Source: Camelus ferus (taxonomy: Eukaryota). Taken from it: 64,000 nucleotides of DNA. How positions within the stretch are numbered: the stretch's first letter is position 1; each line of letters opens with the position of its first letter. Under the pieces are notes generated by a model. It saw only the letters and a program-made list of their open reading frames with translations. It searched no databases and was not told the DNA's origin. Both the position numbers and the translations under genes were made by a program. Below, one piece after another: positions 63,923 to 64,000 of this stretch. The stretch is from the NCBI RefSeq assembly GCF_009834535.1, contig NC_045696.1, positions 44,084,001 to 44,148,000 on the forward strand. The letters run 5' to 3'.

Positions 63923-64000
63923 ATTAAAACACTCTATCACAAATTTTCAGAAATAAGTTCCCAAATTATTTCCTTCAACTCTAAAGATACCTACCTTGCC

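Noticed and set aside
1..64000. Prokaryotic or phage-type systems (CRISPR, operons, defence islands, retrons)
   Set aside because: The sequence is mammalian nuclear DNA dominated by MIR/L2/L1/ERVL repeats, with no gene-dense ORF structure

Overview
AT-rich, CpG-depleted mammalian nuclear DNA that looks intronic or intergenic. It is not prokaryotic, and I see no CRISPR array, operon or rRNA. A tRNA-Ala-derived SINE at ~47.1-47.2 kb resembles the camelid vic-1 family. I recognised no Alu, B1/B2, Bov-tA/BovB or PRE-1 elements, so the source is probably a camelid (alpaca, llama or camel). Much of the window is decayed interspersed repeat: MIR, L2, L3/CR1, L1M, MER5, MER53, Charlie1, MLT1/MLT2, LTR16/LTR33, MER74, and a 1.4-kb ERVL pol remnant. 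None of the ORFs in the supplied track is a convincing intronless gene, and many lie in repeats. The non-repeat signal is mainly on the minus strand and has three parts. (i) Two candidate final exons plus a U-rich 3' UTR at ~55.4-61.1 kb. (ii) Enhancer-like unique blocks at ~48.7-49.1 and ~53.3-53.6 kb. (iii) A chain of small exons with good splice sites from ~23 kb to the left edge, including a TATA-type first exon, a 12-nt microexon and a frame that runs off the window. I could not identify either gene. All exon calls come from reading splice motifs by eye, repeat names are from remembered consensus sequences, and repeat boundaries are approximate. I found no evidence of a fundamentally new biological system. 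The best leads are the unidentified minus-strand transcript units and a few odd insertion or inversion structures.
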